From the NCBI GenBank assembly GCA_965116925.1, contig OZ220744.1, forward strand, positions 1,568,001 through 1,632,000: a DNA stretch of 64,000 nt, in the 5' to 3' direction. Of this stretch, positions 17,492 through 26,327 are shown in pieces. A program made the position numbers and the translations under genes. Each line of letters opens with the position of its first letter. The first letter of the stretch is position 1. The DNA comes from Candidatus Poribacteria bacterium. GTDB taxonomy: Bacteria; Poribacteria; WGA-4E; PCPOR2b. The notes below the pieces were generated by a model. The model saw only the letters and a list, made by a program, of their open reading frames with translations. It was not told where the DNA came from and ran no database searches.

Positions 17492-18127
17492 CTACAATCC
17501 TTGAAGAAAGGGGTTCTCACGTTTTTCTCTTCCGATCGTGGTGCGCGGACCGTGCCCGGGACATACGATCGTATCGTCGTTGAGCTGCCATAACTTTTCC
17601 CGTATGGAATCCACCAACTGTTCATAATCTCCGCCCCACAGATCCGTGCGTCCAATACTATCTTGAAAAAGCGTATCACCCGCCAAAAGAATTTTCTCTC
17701 CTTCGAGATTCAAACAGACACCGCCGGGGCTATGTCCGGGAGTTTCAATCACGGATAGCGTATACTCTCCCCACTCAATTCTATTCCCCTCACAAATGTA
17801 CCTGTCCACAGTTGGTGGTTCGGGTGCTGCGAGTCCAAACATTGTGCCTTGTAGCGTCAAATTATCCAAGAGAATCTGATCGGCTTCGTGGATGAGGACC
17901 AGTGCTCCTGTCTCTTGTTGGAGAATAGCGGTGGCGGAAACATGGTCTAGATGTCCGTGCGTGTGTATCAGGTATTTGAGCGTCAGCTGGTGTGCTTTCA
18001 GCGTTTGAAGGATACTGGTTTCGTCCCCTGGATCGATCACGACTGCTGTCTGTGTTTCACTGCAGCCGAGAATCCAGCAATTTGACTCAAAAGGCGGAAC
18101 AATTAGACATTCTAATATCAATTTCAT
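17492..18127 (-). CDS. MBL-fold metallo-hydrolase (glyoxalase II-like)
   Basis: THGHLDH, TPGHSPG, GDTLF, PGHG; RBS GGGGTGA before ATG 18127. Confidence 0.9.
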   Translation of the reverse strand: MKLILECLIVPPFESNCWILGCSETQTAVVIDPGDETSILQTLKAHQLTLKYLIHTHGHLDHVSATAILQQETGALVLIHEADQILLDNLTLQGTMFGLAAPEPPTVDRYICEGNRIEWGEYTLSVIETPGHSPGGVCLNLEGEKILLAGDTLFQDSIGRTDLWGGDYEQLVDSIREKLWQLNDDTIVCPGHGPRTTIGREKRENPFLQGL

Positions 18128-18199
18128 TGATTCACCCCAATGGATTTTATCATACCAGTTTTTCACTTGTCTATAGGTATATCAACCGAAGCAAGTATT

Positions 18200-18418
18200 T
18201 ATGGTAGATTTTAGAAGTAATGGGATACGCCAAACCGGTGCGGTTACATGAGATTTAAGTATTTAAATCGGTAATCTCGATTTTCCTCGAAACACACGGT
18301 AGGCGCGGTTTTCAACCGCGCCGGTGTCGCTAGCAAATTACCGAACTATTTTTTTAATCTTCATCAAACCGCACCTACCGGGGGCGCAAGTGTTTCTTTA
18401 TTTTTAGAATTCACCCTA
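18200..18418. mobile_element. Family A MITE (TA-flanked) interrupted by family E
   Basis: Ends TATGGTAGATTTTAGAA / TTTAGAATTCACCCTA; compare the uninterrupted copy at 39026-39158. Confidence 0.82.
18248..18364. mobile_element. Family E MITE inserted in a REP loop
   Basis: Splits GGTGCGGTT-ACA-AACCGCACC and duplicates the central C. Confidence 0.88.
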
Positions 18419-18486
18419 TTTGCATTTCAATTTGGAAAGATGGAAGAAGAGAGAGGAAGGGAAGGGAGTGTAGAAGCAGTATAATT

Positions 18487-18854
18487 TAGGGCGTATTGAC
18501 ATTTGTAAAGCTGCTCATTCGGCAAACGCTGTAATCAGCAGTCAATCTGCCAAATGTAGCGCAAACTGTTAGTTTGCAGGCGGGGATCACAATTTAACAG
18601 ATCGTGTTACAAAAGGAGATTGTAGGTCGAGATTCATATCTCGACAAAATACTGAAACATCATAGGTGTTGTCGATTTTGGAAAATCGACCTACAGCACT
18701 TTGAAAGCGTCCCTAGCCTCCCCGATGGAATCGGGACAGGCGGAACGGACTCTGACGTGTGACCAAAAGGTTAGGAGATCCAATCCCTACGAAGAATCAC
18801 GCGTTTGTGCACCTTCTTGATGGTATGGTTGCGATGAAATGTCAACAGAACCTA
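18487..18854. mobile_element. Family F MITE carrying multiple REP hairpins
   Basis: Inverted ends TAGGGCGTATTGACATTT / AAATGTCAACAGAACCTA; internal REPs at 18622-18645, 18671-18694 and 18769-18791. Confidence 0.75.
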
Positions 18855-18909
18855 GTGCTCTGTCAGGCAAATTATGATTGTCTATATGGATTGAGACTCA
18901 TAATACTTC

Positions 18910-18934
18910 GTAGGGGTCGGGTCACCCGACCCCC
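18910..18934 (+). repeat. GTAG REP hairpin (possible terminator for the upstream minus-strand gene)
   Basis: GTAGGGGTCGGGTCACCCGACCCCT. Confidence 0.7.
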
Positions 18935-18974
18935 TTGTTGATATGCAAAACTTATATGACTGAGTACTAGCGTA

Positions 18975-19553
18975 CTAGAACTGCCAGTTGCTAATCAGTA
19001 GGTGCATCGCCAAACCCGAAATTAACGGAATCGTTACATTATCATCGACTCCGGTGGGCAGGAGTTCGATTAATGTTGCAACGAGTGCGCCGACGATTGC
19101 AACGATTGGGTGAAGCCCTATTAGCAGCGCAACCGCTGTGCACACGATAAAACAGGCGAGGCTGCCCTCTAGACTTTTTCGGGAAAAGAGTTTAATCCGT
19201 CCCCACTGCTTCCCGATTAACGCTGCAAAAAGGTCTCCCAAGGTGAGAAAGCAGAGACAAACGATTGCCAGCGTTTTGTCAAAGAGAAGTATGCAGAGGA
19301 AGGATCCGATAAGGTAGTATGTTGCACCGGTGAGCCCGCCTCTCTGTTCTTGAGAGCGTAGTATCGGGGAAAAGATACGGATGAACATCGCCCGAAAGGC
19401 TGGCAGAAGTACCTTGAGCAGTTCAACCCCCAGAGCGATAGCTAGGAGGGCACCGACAGCGATAGTGGCTGTGTGCCGCGTTGTGAAGACGTATAGGATA
19501 GGAAGGATTAACCCCAAAAGATGGATACTTTTGCGCCTTAACTCTCGTGCCAT
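18975..19553 (-). CDS. CTP-dependent polyprenol/diacylglycerol kinase-like membrane protein (SEC59/DGK1/VTE5 family)
   Basis: RKSIH, GDLFAALIG, KSLEGS, DDNVTIP; highly hydrophobic. Confidence 0.82.
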   Translation of the reverse strand: MARELRRKSIHLLGLILPILYVFTTRHTATIAVGALLAIALGVELLKVLLPAFRAMFIRIFSPILRSQEQRGGLTGATYYLIGSFLCILLFDKTLAIVCLCFLTLGDLFAALIGKQWGRIKLFSRKSLEGSLACFIVCTAVALLIGLHPIVAIVGALVATLIELLPTGVDDNVTIPLISGLAMHLLISNWQF

Positions 19554-19732
19554 GATATTATCGCCTACTTTCTACGTTATATTCTTAGACGATTATATCT
19601 ATAGGCAAGAATTGTACCAACCGACACAAACTTCGGAAGGTTGGAAAAACAGAGGGGTAAACCGTAACATCTATCTGAAATACGCCCCATTTACTATGCA
19701 AAGTTTACAAATGTGTGCAAAATTTGCATACA

Positions 19733-20551
19733 TCACGCTGCTTCAAGCACATTTTCCGGAAGATTCTCTAACCGTCCCATCCAATACCCGACATCGAACT
19801 TATCATCCCCGATTAGGAATCGCCAGAACTTAATTCGGTTGACAATCTCAAGACGGACATCGTTGCCGTACCACTTGTGATTTTTGCTCAGAATGCCCGG
19901 AATTGATGGATCATCAAGATCATCGGTATTCCAGAGGCATATCTGGCGCACCGTTGGATTCAGCCGTAACTTGAACATATACCGCATGCGGTCGGTCAGA
20001 TTGGGTTGGGCGCAATGCCAGATGCCGTGATGGACCACAAAAACTGTACCCGCTTTGCATACGATTGGCAGCTGCTCTAGGAAGTTGTGATACCGAGCGA
20101 CGTCCGACTCGCAGACGCGTCGGTAGTGGCTGCCCGGCAGGATCATCGTGCCGCCCATTTCACGGGGTGTATCGTGCGCGAAATAGAAGAACTGAATGTC
20201 AAAGTGCATGCGGGTGTCGATAATCGCATCTGCATGCCAGTGTTGTCCCCTGTCGTTAGAAGCCTTGACAGTGTGGACGGCGTGGTGGTCGTAGAGCGGT
20301 TCGGGTCCAACCAGACTGTGGATCATCCCTTGAACCTCAGGGAGCTGAAAGACAGACCCAATAGGGGAAGATTGGGGCCAAATTTTGCCCAAGGGGACGC
20401 CTGCGGTTCCGCGTCCAATCCCGTGGTCCTCCATCTCGGCATGGACAGCTTCGTTCAGGTCCGTAGGGACCAACTCATCGAAGCGAAGGTATCCATCAGC
20501 GACGAAATGCGCCATCTGTTTGGAGTCCAGCAAATACTTTTTATCAATCAT
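19733..20551 (-). CDS. PhyH family dioxygenase
   Basis: WHAD, ILPGSH, IWHCA; ATG 20551 with GGAGG RBS inside the upstream gene. Confidence 0.85.
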   Translation of the reverse strand: MIDKKYLLDSKQMAHFVADGYLRFDELVPTDLNEAVHAEMEDHGIGRGTAGVPLGKIWPQSSPIGSVFQLPEVQGMIHSLVGPEPLYDHHAVHTVKASNDRGQHWHADAIIDTRMHFDIQFFYFAHDTPREMGGTMILPGSHYRRVCESDVARYHNFLEQLPIVCKAGTVFVVHHGIWHCAQPNLTDRMRYMFKLRLNPTVRQICLWNTDDLDDPSIPGILSKNHKWYGNDVRLEIVNRIKFWRFLIGDDKFDVGYWMGRLENLPENVLEAA

Positions 20552-20825
20552 CAATTTCCTCCATTTTTTCGAGAATGTATTCAAATCTGAGATATGAAGT
20601 ACTGTATTCCATGCCCGGATAGGCGGGGAATTGCTGTGGGAATTGAACCACGCGCCAGCCGCCCTGCATCGCTTCGACGACGGAATTATAGGGCGGCTTA
20701 TCGCTGTCGCCTGTTGTGGGATTCGTTTGTCCCGTCCCGTCATACATCGACCAAGCGACAACATTGCTGTTCAGATCGGGTGTGTGCAGATAAAGCACAA
20801 GAATTTTCTGTCGTAACTGCGGCAT
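20544..20825 (-). CDS. Small hypothetical protein coupled to phyH
   Basis: 93-aa ORF, RBS GGAAGG, 8-bp overlap with phyH. Confidence 0.75.
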   Translation of the reverse strand: MPQLRQKILVLYLHTPDLNSNVVAWSMYDGTGQTNPTTGDSDKPPYNSVVEAMQGGWRVVQFPQQFPAYPGMEYSTSYLRFEYILEKMEEIDD

Positions 20826-20856
20826 CACACTACCTTCCAATATGTTTTGTGGACGT

Positions 20857-22014
20857 TCAATCTATACGCCGGGAAGCAACTACATCTTCATTCAGCTTTG
20901 ACCCCAGTCCGGGCAGATCCGATGGGATAAGTTCGCCATTCTCAATTTGGAGCGGCGGATCGATTAGGTCCTGTTCCCACGCTGCCTCCGGTGCGGTGCC
21001 GGCATACTCCATATAGGCCAGATTCGGTATGGTCGTGCAGACGTGAGCGGTCGCCCGCGCGAGCACGGGCCCACACCAGTTGTGTGGTGCCATCTTGACA
21101 TCGTGCGCCTCCGCCATAGCGGCGACTTTGAATGTCTCAAGAATACCACCATTATTTCCTACTTCTGACTGAAGAAACTGAATTCCGCTGCCGGCGAGAA
21201 CCTTTTCTGCACTCCGCCGTTCGGAGAGCAGTTCCCCTGTGGCAATAGGTATCGTAGTCGAATCCACGACCTGCTTGATGAGGTTGGGCTGATCCGGCGG
21301 ATTGGTCGGTTCTTCAAAGAAGAAAGGGTTTAATGGCTCCAGTGCTTTGACGGTCATCAGCGCACCTTCGAGGCTAAACCTTGCGTGGGCGTCAATCGCC
21401 ATGTTGAAGTCTGCGCCGAGCGCATTCCGCATTGCTTCCACCTCTTTAATGGCTCCGTCTAGCTGCGCTGTCTCTGGCGTGCCTTGAATCCCATAGTATC
21501 CGAATGGATCCCATTTGAACATATCGAAGCCCATCTCTTTTGTGCTTACTGCCCGCTCGACCCGTTCCTCGACGGTCTTGGAATCAGCGAAAACGCCGTG
21601 ATTCGCGTAGAGTGGGATTCGTTCCCGGACGCATCCACCAAGCAGGGTATAGATGGGGAGCCCTGCCACCTGACCCAAAATATCCCACATTGCAATCTCA
21701 ATGGCACTGACCGCCGCGAACCACTCCCAACCTGAGCCACGCTGAGAAGCACGATTCAGAAAGGCTTCAATCTCCAGCGGATTAGTGCCTTCAAGCTCTC
21801 CCGCAATTGAATCCACGAATTCGCGGATTGCCAGTGATCGCGCCTCTCCAGAGGCGTGGCATTCTCCGATACCGTCAATCCCCTGATCTGTCCGAATCCT
21901 AACAATCAGAAATGCGTATCCACGGGTTGTTGGCTTAATCAAAATCGGTTCTACTGTGTCGATTTTTATGGGGTGCTTTGCTTTCGATACTACTTCTGAG
22001 TGAGATCCTTCCAT
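20857..22014 (-). CDS. Mandelate racemase/muconate lactonizing enzyme family (galactonate dehydratase-like)
   Basis: AMWDILG, LLGG, KWD, IDAH, FEEP, ATGE, APHN. Confidence 0.9.
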   Translation of the reverse strand: MEGSHSEVVSKAKHPIKIDTVEPILIKPTTRGYAFLIVRIRTDQGIDGIGECHASGEARSLAIREFVDSIAGELEGTNPLEIEAFLNRASQRGSGWEWFAAVSAIEIAMWDILGQVAGLPIYTLLGGCVRERIPLYANHGVFADSKTVEERVERAVSTKEMGFDMFKWDPFGYYGIQGTPETAQLDGAIKEVEAMRNALGADFNMAIDAHARFSLEGALMTVKALEPLNPFFFEEPTNPPDQPNLIKQVVDSTTIPIATGELLSERRSAEKVLAGSGIQFLQSEVGNNGGILETFKVAAMAEAHDVKMAPHNWCGPVLARATAHVCTTIPNLAYMEYAGTAPEAAWEQDLIDPPLQIENGELIPSDLPGLGSKLNEDVVASRRID

Positions 22015-22220
22015 CGTTTTCCCTTCTTTTAAGAATTGAGCATAAACAATGAAAAGTATTATATCGTTATCTGTTGGCATTGTAAAGTGTATTCTGCCTA
22101 CCAATGTGCGCTTAGGGCACCGGGGGAACTATTAACGGGTGATTGGTTTCAAGAGGAAATAGTTCCAACTGATTAGAATCGGCAAGCAGTTATGCAATCC
22201 ACATCCAGTTTTTTTTCTCC

Positions 22221-22283
22221 TGCTAAATTTTTCGCATTTTTTCCTTGACAGTCCTTTTCACAGATGCTAAAATATTAGCATCT
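22221..22283 (+). promoter_or_regulatory. blaI promoter with two putative operators (TGCTAA-N4-TTAGCA)
   Basis: TTGACA(22245)-17-TAAAAT(22268); perfect palindrome AGATGCTAA-AATA-TTAGCATCT at 22262-22283; second site at 22221-22236. Confidence 0.75.
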
Positions 22284-22371
22284 TATTAAAAAGAAGGTTG
22301 CTTGGTAAGCAGATTGCTCTGAATCTTGATGTAATTAGGGCTTACCTCCACGCATCCTAAGAGAGGACAGC

Positions 22372-22761
22372 ATGGAAGATTATCGTATCGCAAAACTGAG
22401 CCGTCGTGAGCGACAGATTATGGACATTATTTACCAACACGGTCAGGTGTCCGTTGCCGATGTGCTTGAAAACCTTCCAGATGCACCGAGCTATTCAACA
22501 GTGCGGGCGTTGCTGCGGATTCTGGAGGAGAAAGGACATCTGACCCACCAAAAAGATGGTCCCCGCTACATCTATCGTCCGACGCAACCGCGCCATCAGG
22601 CGGGACAGTCCGCGCTCAAACAGGTTGTTCAGACTTTTTTCGATAAATCTGTGGAACGAACAGTTGCAGCATTAGTTTCTGATGCAGAAGTTTCAGACGA
22701 GGAACTTGACCGTTTAAGCCAACTCATTGAGCAAGCGAAAAAAGGAGGACCTCCATCATGA
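22372..22761 (+). CDS. BlaI/MecI/CopY family repressor
   Basis: LSRRERQIMDIIY, SYSTVRALLRILEEKG, RYIYRP. Confidence 0.93.
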   Translation: MEDYRIAKLSRRERQIMDIIYQHGQVSVADVLENLPDAPSYSTVRALLRILEEKGHLTHQKDGPRYIYRPTQPRHQAGQSALKQVVQTFFDKSVERTVAALVSDAEVSDEELDRLSQLIEQAKKGGPPS

Positions 22762-25700
22762 TACCGTTGATTGAGACATTAGAAACCAACCTATGGCTAC
22801 AATTCTTGATTGATGCGACAATGAAAAGTGTTGTGATCTTCGTCGTGGCGGGGTTATTCGGACTCGTTCTGCGTCGTCGTTCAGCGGCGGTGCGCGGTTT
22901 GGTTTGGAGCTTGGCAATCCTCGGCTCCCTTATCGTGCCGTTATTCTCGTTTACACTTCCGCAGTGGGAAGTTGGGGTTCTACCGGCAACACCAGTAGAA
23001 TTTGAAGAGACCCGGTTCGCAGATAACAGTCAAACATCTGCACCATCCGTTTCAATTGCGTCGCGCTCGTTATCGTCGTCCACTGCGTCCCCAACACCGG
23101 TTCAACCAAAACCCGTAACTAGTGGGAGTGGCACCTCTCAATCCAATATGTTAGGAACAGGTTTCACTTCGTTCCATTGGACCGATTGGTTAGCAGTGTG
23201 TTGGGCAGCAGGTGCGCTGTTTTTGATCGCTCGTTTGATTGTGGGAATTGGTGCTGTTTGGAACCTCTCCACACGTAGCGGTAATTTCAACGGTTCAATT
23301 TCACAGGTGCATCCCGACTGGAAGTCCCCGGTCAGTATCCGCCAGAGTAAGGCAGTCACGGTGCCGATGGTATGGGGATTGTTTCGCCCGGTGATTCTGT
23401 TGCCTGCCGATGCGGAGGAGTGGAGCCCTGAACAACAACGTGCTGTAATGCTTCACGAATTGGCGCACATCCAACGGCAGGACTGGTTAATGCAGATGAT
23501 GGCACAAATAACCTGTGCGGTGTACTGGTTTAACCCACTCTTATGGTTTGCCATGCGTCAGATGCGGAGAGAAGTCGAGCGTGCATGTGATGACCATGTA
23601 CTCAATGCGGGGTATCAATCAACCGACTATGCCCAACATCTGCTCGATATTGTCCGAAACATTAGAAAGGCAGGCACTGCTACAAGATCCGCTGTAGCCA
23701 TGGCACGTTCTTCAAAAATTGAAGAGAGGCTTCAAACGGTTCTCGCTGAAAACCGGAATCGAGGACCAATGACGAAAGTCGCTGTGGTATTCGGACTACT
23801 CGTGCTTACCTCCCTTGCTGTACCTATGGGTATGATGCAGTTGGCAGAAGCGGTGGGCCCCGAACAGGCATTGTATAAGGAAATTCAAGCGGCGGACAAC
23901 TTCCAACTAGAGCCGCTACCAGAGAATGCACCAGAAGCAGAGCAAGCAGCGCAACTGGAACAGCTTCAACAGAACTTGGAACGTGGTCTTCAACTCTGCG
24001 AGCAGTTCCTTAATACCTATTTGGAGAGCGACCGATATGATGAAGTTTTTTATAAAAAACTCAGATACATGAAGGCTCTGAGACGTGACACCGAATTTGA
24101 GGAGGGTGTTGAAGCATTTTTCTCAGAACATCCGGACTCGAAATATGCCGGCAAGGTCCGTAAACTCCGTGCGTATCACCTTGAAAGTCAGTTCAAACAC
24201 GACGAAGCCCTTGCGGAATGGGACAAGATTGATGATCCCATGTTGCTACTTGAAAAGTACGAGAGAAAAGCAACCATTTACGCCGGGATGGGTAATTCGG
24301 AAAAAGCGAAGGAATTTAATCTGCTGCGCGCAGAACTTATCCTAGGTAAATCTTCACCCGAATTTTCGCAGATTATAGAAGCAGACAAGCGACGCATGGA
24401 AGCAGACCGGAAACAGGATATGTACTGGAAAGATTTCTTTGCCTCCCTTAAATCGTACGTGGCGGTGAAAGCAGATGGTGAGATTTTCACAGGTATTATC
24501 TTGAGTCAAGTCGGTCATATTCTTGTGCCCGCAAATGTGACAAAGGCAGAAACAATTCACGCCAAAATTAGCGAGTATCAACCTGCCAACGTTATCGCGC
24601 TTGACTTGGAGAGCGGATTGGCGGTGGTGCAGGTTGATGGGCAGAGGGAGCTACGTCCCGTCGTTCTTGGGAACATAGACGACCTGCAAGAATACGCCCC
24701 GATTCCGCACCTTTACCCGGAGGTTGGTTCCACCTCCCCGAGCATAATTGGTTACACCTACCCGACCATAAACGTGATTTCCACACGCGGCTATCCCAAT
24801 GCCCCTAATCTCCCCCCAGAATTTCATCAAAACGCTTTTGAAACCCCAACCTATCGGGGAGGCAGTATCCAAGAGATCGAAATCGACGATGGTGGGAAAG
24901 TGGCAGCGCTGCAAGCTGGAACTCCGACTGGTAAAATTATTGGAGGCGATGCTTTCGTCTACTATGACGGACGGCTGCTTGCGGTTGCCGTTGACAGTGA
25001 AGTGCGCTACGAATTTGGGTCAGCAATTACCGATCCTCTACCAATCGACCAAATTCGTGCCGCGCTTGAACGAATGAACATAGTCGACTTGGTTGAAATC
25101 GGTGCCTTGCACCCACAATCAGAAAAACTACCGACAATTGACGAACTAGCTAAGAACATCCAGCGGTATGATGCCCGAATTAATCGCGGGCAAGGCACAA
25201 TAAAATTCATACGTCATTATCCCGACAAGAATCATGATGATGTAACGAATCGGACCCAATCCTTCCTGTACGCTTTCGATGGCACAAAAGTTCGATTTTC
25301 GTATACTGAACCTGAAGGAGCGTTTGTGCGAAAAGTGGACTACATCGCCGATGATGAGAGGGCCATCCGCGTAGACAGCCAATCGTCATTCGTGTGGATT
25401 TATGACCGACATCAGAAGGTCTTCGATCTCAATAGCATGTCTCCTTTTCGATGGGGACTAGCAGTCTATCACAAAAAAAGCTGGATACCTGTCGGGGATT
25501 ATCTCCACCTTTATGGACAAAAGGTGTTAGGACGCGAAGCCGTAGACGAAGATTGGTGCTACGTCGTGGAGACGTTACAGGGCAATAGCCACGAAAAGTT
25601 CTGGATTGACTTTAACCAGGGTTACAGGCTCCGAAGATATGAGGTAAAGACCCAAAAGAACTTTATGGTACGCGAAATCCAATATATCTCCGTTGCCCCT

Positions 25701-25988
25701 GATGTATGGTTCCCGCAATCGGCACGTGAGAAATACTACGACGTTAAATCTGAAACGGGAGAGCGGACATTGAAGCTTGATGCTGAAGTCAACCTCAGTT
25801 TTGAAATTAATACCCCATTACCCGAAGCACTGTTTACTCTCACCGGTTTCAACCTGCCACCCGATACCCGAATTATAGATTCGCGAGGCGGTGAGGACAA
25901 ATCTTATACAGTTGCGGACTTTGAAAGCGGGCACATTGAGGAGCGAGCCGAGAAATTACCGTCTGTTGAGGAGTTAGAGGACAATTGA
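22758..25988 (+). CDS. M56 (BlaR1/MecR1-type) metallopeptidase fused to TPR-like, degenerate trypsin-like and unknown C-terminal domains
   Basis: HELAH, YWFNPL, ERACDD; ATGA overlap with blaI. Confidence 0.88.
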   Translation: MIPLIETLETNLWLQFLIDATMKSVVIFVVAGLFGLVLRRRSAAVRGLVWSLAILGSLIVPLFSFTLPQWEVGVLPATPVEFEETRFADNSQTSAPSVSIASRSLSSSTASPTPVQPKPVTSGSGTSQSNMLGTGFTSFHWTDWLAVCWAAGALFLIARLIVGIGAVWNLSTRSGNFNGSISQVHPDWKSPVSIRQSKAVTVPMVWGLFRPVILLPADAEEWSPEQQRAVMLHELAHIQRQDWLMQMMAQITCAVYWFNPLLWFAMRQMRREVERACDDHVLNAGYQSTDYAQHLLDIVRNIRKAGTATRSAVAMARSSKIEERLQTVLAENRNRGPMTKVAVVFGLLVLTSLAVPMGMMQLAEAVGPEQALYKEIQAADNFQLEPLPENAPEAEQAAQLEQLQQNLERGLQLCEQFLNTYLESDRYDEVFYKKLRYMKALRRDTEFEEGVEAFFSEHPDSKYAGKVRKLRAYHLESQFKHDEALAEWDKIDDPMLLLEKYERKATIYAGMGNSEKAKEFNLLRAELILGKSSPEFSQIIEADKRRMEADRKQDMYWKDFFASLKSYVAVKADGEIFTGIILSQVGHILVPANVTKAETIHAKISEYQPANVIALDLESGLAVVQVDGQRELRPVVLGNIDDLQEYAPIPHLYPEVGSTSPSIIGYTYPTINVISTRGYPNAPNLPPEFHQNAFETPTYRGGSIQEIEIDDGGKVAALQAGTPTGKIIGGDAFVYYDGRLLAVAVDSEVRYEFGSAITDPLPIDQIRAALERMNIVDLVEIGALHPQSEKLPTIDELAKNIQRYDARINRGQGTIKFIRHYPDKNHDDVTNRTQSFLYAFDGTKVRFSYTEPEGAFVRKVDYIADDERAIRVDSQSSFVWIYDRHQKVFDLNSMSPFRWGLAVYHKKSWIPVGDYLHLYGQKVLGREAVDEDWCYVVETLQGNSHEKFWIDFNQGYRLRRYEVKTQKNFMVREIQYISVAPDVWFPQSAREKYYDVKSETGERTLKLDAEVNLSFEINTPLPEALFTLTGFNLPPDTRIIDSRGGEDKSYTVADFESGHIEERAEKLPSVEELEDN

Positions 25989-26217
25989 AGGCGAAGCACT
26001 CACGCTCAAATATATTGATGGAACAACAGTCTTAAAATCAGATAAAGGGGCGAACGGAAAAGTAGAATTCAAAGTCTTATTCCTTGGCTTTTGGGCGACC
26101 TTTTGTGCCCCATGCCTTGTAGAAATGGAATACCTCCAGCAGTTTCGCGAAAGGTATAGTGAGCAAGGCTTGGGGTTAAAAATAAAAAATCTCGCGGCGC
26201 GTGCTAAATTTGCGTAA
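25978..26217 (+). pseudogene. Out-of-frame, truncated TlpA/redoxin domain remnant
   Basis: The +1 frame reads TIEGEALTLK...KVLFLGFWATFCAPCLVEMEYLQQFRERYSEQGL and runs into a family C end. Confidence 0.75.
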
Positions 26218-26223
26218 GTCCTG
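26198..26223. mobile_element. Solo family C end
   Basis: GTGCTAAATTTGCGTAAGTCCTG = reverse complement of 1929-1951. Confidence 0.75.
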
Positions 26224-26276
26224 ATAATATTCGCATTGTTTCTCTGCTTTTAGGATTGTCCTTTATCCGGTACAGA

Positions 26277-26327
26277 CGTTTAAGCCAACTCATTGAGCAA
26301 GCGAAAAAAGGAGGACCTTCATCATGA
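26277..26327 (+). repeat. Duplicated 3' end of blaI, providing the RBS for the second M56 gene
   Basis: Matches 22711-22761 with one mismatch. Confidence 0.9.

Noticed and set aside
25986..25988. TGA read-through (selenocysteine) into the thioredoxin remnant
   Set aside because: The remnant is in a different frame, so read-through would not join them.
26202..26217. BlaI operator half-site TGCTAAATTT upstream of the second M56 gene
   Set aside because: It is part of the family C end found at unrelated loci, and the second half-site does not match.
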